In this document: one piece after another, positions 1 through 10,572 of the stretch | How the letters are laid out: every line of letters starts with the position of its first letter | How positions within the stretch are numbered: the first letter of the stretch is position 1 | Source: Candidatus Multivoradales bacterium | GTDB taxonomy: Bacteria > Acidobacteriota > Thermoanaerobaculia > Multivoradales > JAHEKO01 | Reading direction: 5' to 3' | Length of the DNA: 64,000 bases | Assembly (NCBI GenBank): GCA_965223155.1 | Contig: CBDCVR010000013.1 | Coordinates: 256,001 to 320,000 of the forward strand | Translations under genes and position numbers: made by a program | Notes under the pieces: generated by a model | Databases searched by the model: none | What the model saw: only the letters and a program-made list of their open reading frames with translations | Told to the model about the DNA's origin: nothing

Positions 1-1
1 C

Positions 2-106
2 GTCGAGACGATGCTCCGCCGAAGCGCCGTGCGGGCCGAGCTGGGCCTGCCGACCCTGTCGCTGTTCGCGCCGGAGGCGGCGCCGGACACCGCGGGACAG
101 AGCTAG
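2..106 (+). CDS. 3' end of an upstream gene (partial, product unknown)
   Basis: Open frame from position 2 (VETMLRRSAVRAELGLPTLSLFAPEAAPDTAGQS) with GC-rich codon usage, ending at TAG 104-106. Confidence 0.4.
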   Translation, partial: VETMLRRSAVRAELGLPTLSLFAPEAAPDTAGQS

Positions 107-120
107 AGCACGCCGCTTTC

Positions 121-158
121 GACCGGCTCCGAGTGGCTCCGACTGGCTCCGACTGGCC
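121..158. repeat. short tandem repeat, about 4 x 10 bp (GACTGGCTCC)
   Basis: gaccggctcc gagtggctcc gactggctcc gactggcc. Confidence 0.8.
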
Positions 159-310
159 CGGGGGATGTCGAAGCCGTCGGACCAACCGACCAGCTCGGTC
201 GGGCTGGTCTCGGCTCACCTTGGATTGAGGTCCGGCTCGAGTCCGCTTCCCGAGGTCCGGTCTGATTCGGCAACGCCAGATTCGAGCGGCCTGGAAGCGT
301 CTCGACAAGT

Positions 311-2944
311 GTGGGCGGATCTTGGAGACGGGAAGCCTGGGCCTGGAGCTATCTGGCGGGCGTGGGCGCCGCGGTCGCCGGTCTCGGCCGGGATGTGGAT
401 GGCGGAGTCGTGTTGGCGATCGTGGCGGCCACGCTGGCGGGCTCGTTGGCGGTCTCGACGCGGCGCGCCTGGCTACGCCAGGTGGCGTTCTTCTGCTGCG
501 GGATGGCGCTTGCCTTGGCTCGTGCCGAAGAGCTCGAAGACTGCCTCGCGCGGCTGGACGGCGAGCGGCCCGCCCGGGTCGATGTGTGGCCTTCGGGGCT
601 CTGGAGCCGGAGCAGGGACGGGGGATGGACGGCGTGGGGCCGCCTGCTTCAGGCTCGGCAGGCTCAGAAAGGCGCGGCCCGGGTCGTCTGCTCGACGGAC
701 CTGCGGCTGAGTCTGGCCGGGGACGAACCGCCGCCCACGGGAATGGCTCTGCGGGTCCGGGGCTTCGTCCGGCGAAATCCTGGACCACGCAACCTGCGAC
801 CCGCTCGGGCCGGCCCCTGGCGCCTCCACGTCAAGAGTCGGCGGTTGGTGGACACGCTTCCGGACAGAGTCGGAGCCCTCGACGCGTGGCGGGCGCGGGT
901 GCGAGCGCGCCTGGATCAGGATGTGGCGGGCGCCGCGGCAACCGAGCGAGGCCGGCGGGGTCTCGCCCTGGCTCGCGCGCTCGCCTTGGGCGACCGAGGG
1001 TACTTGGATCCCGGAATCCAGCGGCAGCTTCGGCGGGCCGGCCTTGCCCATCTGCTTGCGGTATCAGGTCTCCACGCAGGCCTACTCGCTGCCGCCTTGT
1101 ACGGTCTGCTCTGGCCGCTGCCGGCCGGCTGGCGCCGGTTAGGAGTTGGCTTGGGACTCGCCGCCTATGTCGCCCTGGCGGGCGCCAGCCCGGCAACGCT
1201 GAGGGCGGGGGGGATGGCGGGGATCGGTCTGCTCGCATTCTCGGCGAGTCGTCGCCCGCAGGCGGCGAGGGCTCTGGCCCTGGTGGCCGTCGTGCTTGCG
1301 ACCCTGGATCCTGGAATGCTTCGGCGTCTCGGGTTGCAACTCACCCTGGCCGCGACCGCCGGCATCGTCTTTCTGAGCCCGCAGCTCGAGGAGAGGTGGT
1401 GCCCCAACGTACGGACGGGCTGGAGCCGTCCGGGGAATCGCGAGGTCTCGGCGCCAGAAAGCCGCGTTCGGTGGGATCGTCCGGAGCGCTCGACACTCGG
1501 CTTCCGGGGCGGTGCCCGCTGGCTTCGGCGCTCGATCGCGGCCTCGGTGGGGGCTCAGCTGGCGACCCTGCCCTGGACCGCGGGAATCTTCGCCATGGTG
1601 CATCCCCTGGGGCCGCTTCTGAATCTGGCAGCCGTGCCCTGGCTGGTTCCGGCGGTCTTGCTCTCGCTGGCGGCCGTGGCCGCGGCGCCGGTTTCGACAG
1701 CCGCGGCGTCGGCGCTGCTGCACGCGCTCGAGATCCTGGCGCGACCGCTCGAATGGCTGGTGCTCCTACCCGTCGGGCCCTGGAGCACGGTACCGGTCTC
1801 CTGGACTCCGCTGGCTGGGGTCGTGGTGGCCGTGGGATTGGTAGTCGCGCTCACGGCGAGACCGAAGGCCGCCCGGATCGCGGGCGCTGTGATCCTGGGA
1901 ACGGTCCTTTGCCTCGGCGAGGGCTGTCGCCACGGGCCCGCGGTCGTGCCCGCCGGCAAGCCGTTCGGTCGATTCGGAAGGATGTTGCAGGGCTTCGTCG
2001 AGTTCCTGCCCTCGGAGGGCTTTCTTGGCGGAGCCGGTACGAGGGCCAGGTCGGGTTCGAGATCGCTTGGAGGATCGCTTTGGGGATCGCTTCCGACTTG
2101 GGGCCCCGAGGTCTTCGCTCTGGACGTGGGGCAGGGTGACGCCTTCTTGCTTCGCGATCGAGACGTGGCAATTCTCATTGATGGTGGGGGCTGGCGGCGA
2201 GGTGATCTGGGCGGCAGGGTTCTGGTTCCGGTCCTGGCCGGTCTGGGGATTCGCAGCCTGGATCTGGCCGTCGTCAGCCACGCCGACGCCGATCACTGCA
2301 ACGGCATTCGCGACCTGAGTGCCTATGTCCCCATCCGCGAGCTCTGGGTGGCTCCGTCGACGATCGGTGCGGCCTGCATCCAAGAGACGATCCGACCGGC
2401 GTCCGACCGCTGGCCCGGTGCCGATCGATCGCTCCGCGGCGTGGCCGGGGTGGCGCCGGATGGGGGGGCTCGCGTGGCCCGGATTGGGCGGACCGGCCGC
2501 CGTCTGGCCGGCGGCGGTGCGGTGCGCCTCGGCTCGTTCCGGCTCGAGGTTCTGCGGGCCAGCGTGGCGGGCTCCGGCGAGCGCTCGCCCTCCGACAACG
2601 ATCGCTCGCTCGTTGTCCGGGTCGATGCCGGCGGGACGAGCCTGCTGTTCCCCGGCGATCTCGAGGCCACCGGAGAGCGGCTGCTGCTGGCCGGCCGCGA
2701 CCGCGACCGGCTGGATGTGGACGTTCTCAAGGTCGGGCATCATGGCAGCCGCTCCTCCAGCTCGAGATCTTTCGTCAAGGCAGTCTCGCCCAGGCTGGCG
2801 ATCGTTGCCGCCGGCCACGGCAATCGCTACGGCCATCCGCACCCGGAGGTGCTTGTACGGCTGCGGTCCATGGGCGCCAAGATCCTGAGAACCGATCGGG
2901 ATGGACTCATCCGCTTGCCGCTGGGTCCCAGACGAGCCCGGTGA
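311..2944 (+). CDS. comEC: ComEC/Rec2 competence protein (membrane domain + metallo-beta-lactamase domain)
   Basis: HLLAVSGLH competence motif, multiple TM helices, DVGQGD, SHADADH, GD, KVGHHGS and NRYGHPH MBL motifs. Confidence 0.93.
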   Translation: MGGSWRREAWAWSYLAGVGAAVAGLGRDVDGGVVLAIVAATLAGSLAVSTRRAWLRQVAFFCCGMALALARAEELEDCLARLDGERPARVDVWPSGLWSRSRDGGWTAWGRLLQARQAQKGAARVVCSTDLRLSLAGDEPPPTGMALRVRGFVRRNPGPRNLRPARAGPWRLHVKSRRLVDTLPDRVGALDAWRARVRARLDQDVAGAAATERGRRGLALARALALGDRGYLDPGIQRQLRRAGLAHLLAVSGLHAGLLAAALYGLLWPLPAGWRRLGVGLGLAAYVALAGASPATLRAGGMAGIGLLAFSASRRPQAARALALVAVVLATLDPGMLRRLGLQLTLAATAGIVFLSPQLEERWCPNVRTGWSRPGNREVSAPESRVRWDRPERSTLGFRGGARWLRRSIAASVGAQLATLPWTAGIFAMVHPLGPLLNLAAVPWLVPAVLLSLAAVAAAPVSTAAASALLHALEILARPLEWLVLLPVGPWSTVPVSWTPLAGVVVAVGLVVALTARPKAARIAGAVILGTVLCLGEGCRHGPAVVPAGKPFGRFGRMLQGFVEFLPSEGFLGGAGTRARSGSRSLGGSLWGSLPTWGPEVFALDVGQGDAFLLRDRDVAILIDGGGWRRGDLGGRVLVPVLAGLGIRSLDLAVVSHADADHCNGIRDLSAYVPIRELWVAPSTIGAACIQETIRPASDRWPGADRSLRGVAGVAPDGGARVARIGRTGRRLAGGGAVRLGSFRLEVLRASVAGSGERSPSDNDRSLVVRVDAGGTSLLFPGDLEATGERLLLAGRDRDRLDVDVLKVGHHGSRSSSSRSFVKAVSPRLAIVAAGHGNRYGHPHPEVLVRLRSMGAKILRTDRDGLIRLPLGPRRAR

Positions 2945-3041
2945 TCCCGAGGATCGGCCGCAACACTCGATCGGCCAGCTCGATGAGGACGTCGGTCCAG
3001 ACCCGGCAGGAGTCAGGGACCGGTTGCCGTACACTCGCCGG

Positions 3042-3968
3042 GTGCGCCGTACGATCGCGATCGTGGGATCCACGGCTACGGGCAAGAGCTCCCTGGCGAT
3101 GGCTCTCGCCCACGATTTCGAGGGTGAGATCCTCAATGCCGATGCCCTACAGGTGTATCGCGGCTTCGACATCGGGACGGCCAAACCTTCGGTCGAGGAG
3201 CGGGCCCAAGTGCCGCACCACTTGATCGACTGCCGTGAGCCCAGCGAGCCCTTCTCGGCCGGCCAGTTCGCGCGCTTGGCGAGGGCCTGCCTCGACGACA
3301 TTCATCAGCGCGGCCGCCTGCCCATCGTGGTGGGGGGCTCGGGGCTGTACGTCCGGGCGCTCTTCGAGGGAATCCACGAGATCCCCGCCGTGGACCCGTC
3401 GGTGCGGGAGGCGCTCAACCGGCGCCTGGAGACCGAGGGGCTGGATGCGCTCCGGACGGAGCTGGCCCGGTTGGATCCCGCGACCGAACGACGGCTGGCC
3501 CCGAACGATCGCCAGCGAATTCTCCGAGCGCTCGAGGTCGCGCTTGGGACGGGACGCCCGCTCGCTCGCTGGATTGCGGCTGAAAGCACTGAAAAGAAAG
3601 AACTTGAGGTGATGAAGCTGGGTTTGACGATGGCCCGACCGCTCCTATACGATCGCATCGAGCAGCGGGTCGAAACCATGCTCGAGGAGGGTTGGCTGGA
3701 AGAGATCGAATCGCTGTTGCGAGGCGGCCTTTCCGGACACGAGGCAGCGTTTCAAGCGATCGGTTATCGGCAGCTGGCGGATCATGTCCGCGGTGAGTCC
3801 TCACGCGAGGAGGCGGTCGAAGCGATCGTGCGGGCTACGCGCCGCTACGCCAAGCGCCAGGAAACCTGGTTTCGGCGAGACGCCGAGATCGTCTGGTTGG
3901 AGGCGGCCCCAAACCCGGACCTTCTGGAACAAGCGAGGCAACTGTGTGGCAACTATCTGAATTGCTGA
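3042..3968 (+). CDS. miaA: tRNA dimethylallyltransferase
   Basis: GSTATGKS P-loop, DALQVYRGFDIGTAKP, VGGSGLY, TRRYAKRQETWF; GTG 3042 chosen as the likely start. Confidence 0.95.
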   Translation: MRRTIAIVGSTATGKSSLAMALAHDFEGEILNADALQVYRGFDIGTAKPSVEERAQVPHHLIDCREPSEPFSAGQFARLARACLDDIHQRGRLPIVVGGSGLYVRALFEGIHEIPAVDPSVREALNRRLETEGLDALRTELARLDPATERRLAPNDRQRILRALEVALGTGRPLARWIAAESTEKKELEVMKLGLTMARPLLYDRIEQRVETMLEEGWLEEIESLLRGGLSGHEAAFQAIGYRQLADHVRGESSREEAVEAIVRATRRYAKRQETWFRRDAEIVWLEAAPNPDLLEQARQLCGNYLNC

Positions 3969-4018
3969 GAATCTTGAACCGTCCCAAGAGGAAGGCGCTG
4001 GGACTGCCGGGCTTCCGG

Positions 4019-5344
4019 ATGCCGGGGGCCGCCATCGCCGGATCGGTTCTGGCGGTCTCGAGCTTGATGCTTGGCTGTGCCTCGAGTCCCATCGCCGCTC
4101 CCGCGCCCAAGGAGCATCCCGAGGCTCGGTTCTTGCCGTCGCCGCTCGCCGGCTATGCCCTGAGCGTCGCGGCCCTTGACGCCCAGCGGCTTCGCGACGC
4201 CAACGCGGCGCTGGTGTCCGGAGGGGATCCCGCTCGAGCGCTCGAGGTGGCCAAGGCCTTCCTGGCGGCCAGCTCCGGCTTTGAGCCCGCAGTGGTGCTC
4301 GAAGGGCAAGCGCGCTTCGTGGGTCGGGATCTGGCGGGCGCGCTCGAGGCGGTGCTGCCCGTCGCCCGGGACAATCCTGAGTACCTGGCCGCTCAACTAC
4401 TGGCGGCGCGCGCCGCGGAACGGTTGGAGCGTATCCCCCTGGCCTACGAGCACTACCTGGCGATCTCGGGCCGGTCCCAACTGGCGGCTCGGCTGGCGGC
4501 TACCCTCAAGCCGCGGGCCCTGGAGATCCTGGACGGCCGGGTCCGGGATCTGATCGCCCGGCAGCACTGGCAGGCGGCGGCTGACGAGCTGGCTCGGGTC
4601 GAGGCCTGGGCTCCGGAGGGGCGCTCCACCCTCGAGCTGGTCGCCGCCTACGCCGAGGCGGCCGGGGAGAGCGAGCGCGCGCTGACCGCGGTGCGCCGGC
4701 TGGCGACACTAGAAGGCGGCGACGACCTGCGTCTGCGCCTGGCGACCCTGGAGCTCGAGGTTGGCGACGCCGGCGCCGGTCTGCGCTTGTTGGAGGAACT
4801 GGCCCGGGAGAGGCCGGAGGACGCGGCCGTGCAGGCGCATCTGGATCAGGCCAAGCTGCGCTGGCGCATGGGCCTCTTGCCGTCCGAGGTGCGCGACATC
4901 TTCCGGCGGCCCCGGCTGACCCGGGCCGAGTTCGCCAAGCTCCTGTTCTGGATGTACCCGGAGGTTCGCTACGGGCGGTTGCAAAGAGGCCGGATCGCGA
5001 GTGACGTTCTCGAGCATCCCCACCGGCAGGAGATTGTGCGGGTCGTGAACCTGGGGCTCATGGACATCGACCGGACGCTGCACAGCTTTCGGCCTGACCG
5101 CGAGCTGACTCGCGGCGAGAGTGTCGAGGCCGTGCTTCGGGTCTTGCACCTGAAACGGCCACGGCCCGCATGTCTCGGCGATTTCGATCCGGACGGGCGG
5201 ATGTCGGTCGAGTCGGCCTGTTCGCTGGCCTTCGGCTGTGGCCTTCTGGACGCGGCAGGTGACTGCCTTCCGGGTGCCACGGCCTCCGGTGGCTTCATCG
5301 AGCGCATGGGTTTTGCCGGCTTGGATATTCTTGGCTCCCGATGA
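4019..5344 (+). CDS. putative lipoprotein with TPR-like helices and a C-terminal SLH-like region
   Basis: Lipobox LMLGC, helical Ala/Leu-rich repeats, LTRAEFA and FRPDRELTRGE SLH-like motifs; start uncertain. Confidence 0.65.
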   Translation: MPGAAIAGSVLAVSSLMLGCASSPIAAPAPKEHPEARFLPSPLAGYALSVAALDAQRLRDANAALVSGGDPARALEVAKAFLAASSGFEPAVVLEGQARFVGRDLAGALEAVLPVARDNPEYLAAQLLAARAAERLERIPLAYEHYLAISGRSQLAARLAATLKPRALEILDGRVRDLIARQHWQAAADELARVEAWAPEGRSTLELVAAYAEAAGESERALTAVRRLATLEGGDDLRLRLATLELEVGDAGAGLRLLEELARERPEDAAVQAHLDQAKLRWRMGLLPSEVRDIFRRPRLTRAEFAKLLFWMYPEVRYGRLQRGRIASDVLEHPHRQEIVRVVNLGLMDIDRTLHSFRPDRELTRGESVEAVLRVLHLKRPRPACLGDFDPDGRMSVESACSLAFGCGLLDAAGDCLPGATASGGFIERMGFAGLDILGSR

Positions 5345-5922
5345 ACCTGACGCTGCCCAATCTGATTTCTCTGGCCCGCATGGGCCTGATTCCGCTATTC
5401 GTGATCGCCGTGCTCGAGGGCGAGCCGCTCAACGGGCTCGTGATCTTCGCGATTGCCGGAATCTCGGACGGAGTGGACGGGTTTATCGCCCGGTACTTCA
5501 ATCAGCGCTCGCCTCTTGGCGCCGTTCTGGATCCGATCGCGGACAAGCTGCTCCTGACCACCGCCTACGTGATGCTGGCCATCCCCAATACCCATCCGGG
5601 GCTCCAGATTCCGCTCTGGATCACGGTTCTGGTCCTGGCTCGCGACATCTCGATTCTGCTGATCTCCGTCACGCTCTATCTGGTCCACAAGATCGAGAGC
5701 TTCCCGCCGACGGTTCTGAGCAAGGTCAATACCGCGCTTCAGATCACCGCCATCGTGTTGGTTCTGGTCAGCGGCCTGCGCCAAGACTTCGAGCGCCTTG
5801 CCCTGGTGACGCTCTACGCGGTGGCCACGCTCACCATTCTGTCTGGCTTGATGTACGTGCCGATCATCAATCGTCTGGTGGGCGGCTCCGGATCTTCTGC
5901 ACCTCCCGATGCGCAAGCCTGA
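5341..5922 (+). CDS. CDP-alcohol phosphatidyltransferase (PgsA-like)
   Basis: LPNLISLAR and DGVDGFIAR...GAVLDPIADK signature. Confidence 0.92.
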   Translation: MNLTLPNLISLARMGLIPLFVIAVLEGEPLNGLVIFAIAGISDGVDGFIARYFNQRSPLGAVLDPIADKLLLTTAYVMLAIPNTHPGLQIPLWITVLVLARDISILLISVTLYLVHKIESFPPTVLSKVNTALQITAIVLVLVSGLRQDFERLALVTLYAVATLTILSGLMYVPIINRLVGGSGSSAPPDAQA

Positions 5923-7063
5923 TCCGGCGCTGCTGCGCCTGCTGGTCTTCGTCGGCGGCCTGGTCGCGACGATTGTCCTGCTGATCGTCTTCCGCAAGAT
6001 CTTCATGCCGCTGCTGCTGGGTCTCCTGGTGGCGTATCTGCTGGACCCGGCGGTGGATTGGTTCGAGCGCCGCGGACGCTCCAGAACCTTCGGCGTGGTC
6101 GTGTTGTCGATGCTCCTGGTGCTGGCGGTGGTGCTGGTGGCGGTCTTTCTCCTGCCCGCTCTCGGGCATCAGCTAGAGCGTCTGGCCGACCGGCTTCCCG
6201 CGTATCAGGAGCGCGCCCGGGCGCAGCTCGAGCCGGTCTTCGAGCGGCTCGAGGCTCGCTATCCGGATGAGCTGGAGGAGTTGCAGAGCCGGGCGGTAGA
6301 GGGGTTGCGCGAGAACCTGCCCGAGCTGGCCGGATCGGTCGGCAAGGCCGTGGGCCGGGTCTTCACGAACGTCTTCGATTTCGTTCTGGCGCTGCTGAAT
6401 CTGATCTTCGTGCCCGTTTTCGCCTTCTATCTGCTAGTCGATTTCCCGAAGGTCAAGCGGGGATTGGCGGAGCTGGTACCCGAGCCCTACCGCGCAATGG
6501 TGCTCGGCCGGGTGGGCGAGGTGGATTCGGCGGTGGCCAGCTTCGTTCGCGGCCAGCTGACGATCGCCCTGGTCTTGGCCGCGATCAACGCGATTGGCCT
6601 GATGCTCCTGGACGTGCCCTTCGGCTTGGGAATCGGCCTCATCGCCGGGCTGGCGAACATGATTCCGTACATGGCGCTGGTGGTCGGGCTGCTGCCGGCG
6701 CTTGCGCTGGCCTGGGCCGAGCACCAGGAGATCTGGCGGCTCGTGGGAGTCGTGGCGGTCTTCGGCGGCGCGCAAATGCTCGAAGGCATGGTTCTGAGTC
6801 CCAGGATCCTTGGGCGGAGCGTCAACCTGCATCCGGTCTGGGTGCTTCTCGCCATCATCGCCGGAGGCAGCTTGTTCGGTTTCATGGGCATGCTGGTGGC
6901 GGTGCCGGCGGCGGCCGCGATTCAGGTCTTCGCCAAGCACTGGCTCGAGCTCTACAAGGAATCGGCGCTCTACCAGAACCCGAGCGCCGAGCGCGTTCTA
7001 GAGCGCGCCGGGTTCGCGACCTCGAGAGCCCGGGAGGGTGAGGGCGGGGAGGACCCCCGGTGA
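5909..7063 (+). CDS. AI-2E family (PerM-like) transporter
   Basis: AYLLDP, FVRGQL, IPY, PRILGRSVNLHP, GMLVAVP; many TM segments. Confidence 0.9.
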   Translation: MRKPDPALLRLLVFVGGLVATIVLLIVFRKIFMPLLLGLLVAYLLDPAVDWFERRGRSRTFGVVVLSMLLVLAVVLVAVFLLPALGHQLERLADRLPAYQERARAQLEPVFERLEARYPDELEELQSRAVEGLRENLPELAGSVGKAVGRVFTNVFDFVLALLNLIFVPVFAFYLLVDFPKVKRGLAELVPEPYRAMVLGRVGEVDSAVASFVRGQLTIALVLAAINAIGLMLLDVPFGLGIGLIAGLANMIPYMALVVGLLPALALAWAEHQEIWRLVGVVAVFGGAQMLEGMVLSPRILGRSVNLHPVWVLLAIIAGGSLFGFMGMLVAVPAAAAIQVFAKHWLELYKESALYQNPSAERVLERAGFATSRAREGEGGEDPR

Positions 7064-10000
7064 ATAGCTCGAGCTTCGCCCATCTGCACCTTCACAGCCA
7101 GTACAGTCTGCTGGACGGCGCCAACCGTCTGAACGACGTGATCGCCGCGGCAAAGTCCGCCGGCATGCCCGCGATCGCCCTGACCGATCACGGCAACATG
7201 TTCGGCGCGATCGATTTCTACAAGAAGGCTCAGGCCGCCGGCATCAAGCCGATCGTGGGCATCGAAGCCTACGTGGCTCAAGGAAGCCGCACGGTCCGGC
7301 AGCGGGGCATGGGCAGCAGCAACCACTTGGTGCTCCTGGCTCGGAACGAGACCGGGTACCGGAATCTGATCAAGCTCACTTCGCGCTCGTATCTGGAGGG
7401 CTTCTACTACAAGCCGCGCATCGACAAGGAGCTCTTGCGCGAGCACGCGGAGGGCCTGATCGGGCTCTCGGCTTGCCTCAAGGGAGAGATCCTGGAGAAG
7501 ATCTGCAACCGGCGGGAGACCGAGGCCGAAGCCAGCGCCAAGGAGTTCGTGGACATTCTCGGGGAGGGCAACTTCTACCTCGAGATGCAGAACCACCACA
7601 TCGACGAACAGCTCACCTCGAACGAAGTGCTGCGCCGGATTTCCCGCCGCACCGGGATTCCCCTGGTGGTGACCAACGACTGCCACTACCTGCACAAGGA
7701 CGACGCGTTCGCCCATGACGTGCTGCTCTGCATCGGGACCCAGCGCGTGCTTTCCGACCGGGACCGGCTCAAGTACGCCAGCGAGGAGTTCTATCTCAAG
7801 ACCGCGGACGAGATGTACAAGCAGTTCCCGGACGACGCCGAGGCCATCGAGAACACCGTCCGGATCGCCGAGCGTTGCGATCTCGAGATCCCGATGGACG
7901 AGTTCTTCCTGCCCAATTTCCCGGTACCTGCCGGGCACACTCTCAACAGCTACTTCGAGGCGGTGGTGGGCGACGGGCTGGAGCGGCGCCTGGAGCACCT
8001 CAAGGCTCGCAATGCCGAGGTGCTCGAGAAGTTCTCGCCGGATCTCTACCGCGAGCGCCTGGCCAGCGAGGTGGCGATCATCAAGCGCATGGGCTTTGCC
8101 GGCTACTTCCTGACCGTCTGGGACTTCATCCGCTACGCCCGCGACCGCGACATTCCGGTGGGGCCGGGGCGAGGCTCGGCGGCGGGCTCGCTCGTCTCCT
8201 ACGCTCTGCGCATCACCGACATCGATCCGTTGCAGTACGGCCTCCTCTTCGAGCGCTTCCTGAATCCGGATCGGGTGAGCCTGCCCGACATCGACATCGA
8301 TTTCTGCATGCGGCGCCGGGGCGAGGTGATCCAGTACGTAAGCGACAAGTACGGCCGCGACCACGTCGCTCAGATCATTACTTTTGGAACCCTGGCCGCC
8401 AAGGGCGTGCTGCGGGACGTCGGCCGGGTCATGGGGGTTCCCTACGCCAAGGTGGACCGGATCGCGAAGCTGATTCCGGACATGACCCGTTCGCTTCAAG
8501 AAGCCCTGGGCGCCAGCAAGCCCCTGGCCGACGCCGTGCGCGAGGACTCCGAGCTGAGCGAGATCGTAAGCGTCGGTACCAGACTCGAGGGCATCACCCG
8601 TCACGCCTCGCTCCACGCCGCCGGCGTTGTCATCACGCCCCAGCCCACCCAAGATCTGGTGCCGCTGTTCAAGACCTCGAAGGACGAGATCGTCACCCAG
8701 TGGGACAAGGACGTCATCGAAGAGCTTGGCCTGCTCAAGATGGACTTTCTGGGATTGCGGACCCTGACGGTCATCGACGACACGTTGAAGATGCTGGCCC
8801 AGAAGGGCGTCGAGCTGGATCTGGACGAAGCCGATCTCGATGACGAGGCCGTCTTTGCGCTCTTCCGGGAGGGACGCACCAGCGGAGTGTTCCAGTTCGA
8901 GTCCTCGGGAATGACCGACGTCTTGCGCCGCGCGGAGCCGTCGAGCTTCAGCGATCTTGTGGCCTTCAACGCCCTCTATCGGCCGGGCGCCCTCTCGGTC
9001 GGCATGGTCGACGAGTTCATCCAGCGCAAGCTGGGCAAGAAGAAGGTGAGCTACGTCGTTCCCGAGGCCGAGCCGATCCTCGCCGAGACCCATGGAGTCA
9101 TCGCCTACCAGGAACAGGTGATGCGCCTGGCGGTGGAGGTGGCCGGATTCAGCATGGCCGAGGCCGACATGCTGCGCAAGGCGATGGGCAAGAAAAAGCT
9201 CGAAGTGATGCGCGAGCAGCGCCAGAAGTTCATCGACGGCGCCTCCGGTCGGGGGGTTCCGGCGAAAAAGGCGCGTCAGCTCTGGGACTACATCGAGCCC
9301 TTCGCGGGCTATGGGTTCAACAAGAGCCATAGCGTGGCCTACGCGCTTCTGGCCTACAAGACCGCCTATCTCAAGGCGCATCATCCGGTCGAGTTCATGG
9401 CCGCGATGCTGACGTCCGAGATGTCCTCGAAGGACAACGTCGCCAAGTACATGCGGGAGTGCCGGGAGATGCGGATCGCGGTGCTGCCGCCAGACGTCAA
9501 TGAGAGCAACTGGTCGTTTACGCCGCTGTCCGACACCATCCGCTTCGGGCTGGGGGCGATAAAGGGTGTGGGCTCCTCGGCGGTCGAGGCGATTCTGGAG
9601 GCCCGCCGCTCCGTCGGTCGCTTCGGGGATTTCGCCCACTTCACCGGGGCCGTAGACCTACGCGCGCTCAACAGCAAGGTCTTCGAAAGCCTCATCAAGT
9701 CCGGCAGCTTCGACGAGATGGGGGTGCACCGGAGTGCGCTGATGACCTCCCTGGAGAGAGTGCTGGAGTTCTTCCAGAAGCAGCAGCGTTCCGAAGAAGA
9801 AGGCCAGGTGAGTCTCTTCAGCAGCGAAGCCATGCCCACGCCTCAGCCCGATCCGGCGGTGCCGCCCTGGAGGGAGGCCGACAGGCTGCGCTACGAGAAG
9901 GAGGTTCTCGGGCTCTACCTGACCGGGAACCCGCTGGAGGAACACGAGGCCACCCTGCGCTCGCGCGTCACCCACACCTCGGCCGAGCTGGACTTCGCCA

Positions 10001-10515
10001 CCGGTACTGTCTGCGTCGGCGGCATCGTCAGCCGGTTGCGCCGGGTCAAGATTCGCAGCGGCCGCAATGCCGGGAAGTTCATGGCTCGTTTCGTCCTGGA
10101 GGATCTCGAAGGAGCGATTCCGATGGCCGTCTTCAGCGACCAGCTTCGGCGCTTCAACGACTACTTGGAGGACGAGGCCATTCTGGTGGTCACCGGACAG
10201 GTGCGCGAGCGCGGCGGAGACCGCGAGGTGACGGTCGAGGACGTCGTGCCTCTCGAAACCGCGAGACAGGACGTGGTCGCGCGCTTGGACGTCGTCCTGA
10301 AGGACCGGCTGAGCGACCACGAGATGCTAGCGCTACGGGATTGTTTGATCGAGCACGGCGGCGAGGTGCCGGTGCATCTCGAGCTTTCCTGCGGCGGTAG
10401 GCGGGTTCGGATCGCTCCGGAGGATCGGTTCAAGGTCGCGCTTTCCGACGGGTTCCTGCAATCCCTGGAAGGGATCGTCGGTCCGGGCAACGTCCACAAA
10501 CGCTACGAGCTCTAG
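7060..10515 (+). CDS. dnaE: DNA polymerase III alpha subunit
   Basis: PHP domain HLHSQYSLLDG, GPGRGSAAGS, PDIDIDF, GYGFNKSH; 1151 aa. Confidence 0.98.
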   Translation: MNSSSFAHLHLHSQYSLLDGANRLNDVIAAAKSAGMPAIALTDHGNMFGAIDFYKKAQAAGIKPIVGIEAYVAQGSRTVRQRGMGSSNHLVLLARNETGYRNLIKLTSRSYLEGFYYKPRIDKELLREHAEGLIGLSACLKGEILEKICNRRETEAEASAKEFVDILGEGNFYLEMQNHHIDEQLTSNEVLRRISRRTGIPLVVTNDCHYLHKDDAFAHDVLLCIGTQRVLSDRDRLKYASEEFYLKTADEMYKQFPDDAEAIENTVRIAERCDLEIPMDEFFLPNFPVPAGHTLNSYFEAVVGDGLERRLEHLKARNAEVLEKFSPDLYRERLASEVAIIKRMGFAGYFLTVWDFIRYARDRDIPVGPGRGSAAGSLVSYALRITDIDPLQYGLLFERFLNPDRVSLPDIDIDFCMRRRGEVIQYVSDKYGRDHVAQIITFGTLAAKGVLRDVGRVMGVPYAKVDRIAKLIPDMTRSLQEALGASKPLADAVREDSELSEIVSVGTRLEGITRHASLHAAGVVITPQPTQDLVPLFKTSKDEIVTQWDKDVIEELGLLKMDFLGLRTLTVIDDTLKMLAQKGVELDLDEADLDDEAVFALFREGRTSGVFQFESSGMTDVLRRAEPSSFSDLVAFNALYRPGALSVGMVDEFIQRKLGKKKVSYVVPEAEPILAETHGVIAYQEQVMRLAVEVAGFSMAEADMLRKAMGKKKLEVMREQRQKFIDGASGRGVPAKKARQLWDYIEPFAGYGFNKSHSVAYALLAYKTAYLKAHHPVEFMAAMLTSEMSSKDNVAKYMRECREMRIAVLPPDVNESNWSFTPLSDTIRFGLGAIKGVGSSAVEAILEARRSVGRFGDFAHFTGAVDLRALNSKVFESLIKSGSFDEMGVHRSALMTSLERVLEFFQKQQRSEEEGQVSLFSSEAMPTPQPDPAVPPWREADRLRYEKEVLGLYLTGNPLEEHEATLRSRVTHTSAELDFATGTVCVGGIVSRLRRVKIRSGRNAGKFMARFVLEDLEGAIPMAVFSDQLRRFNDYLEDEAILVVTGQVRERGGDREVTVEDVVPLETARQDVVARLDVVLKDRLSDHEMLALRDCLIEHGGEVPVHLELSCGGRRVRIAPEDRFKVALSDGFLQSLEGIVGPGNVHKRYEL

Positions 10516-10572
10516 GGGCGCCGCGGGAGTGGCGCGACGGGTTCGTTCGGTGCGCGCGCAGGGCGTGGGGAA

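Noticed and set aside
6970-9639. Long antisense ORFs (also 21034-23373, 26424-27722, 54126-55430)
   Set aside because: Shadow frames opposite conserved genes, expected in high-GC DNA
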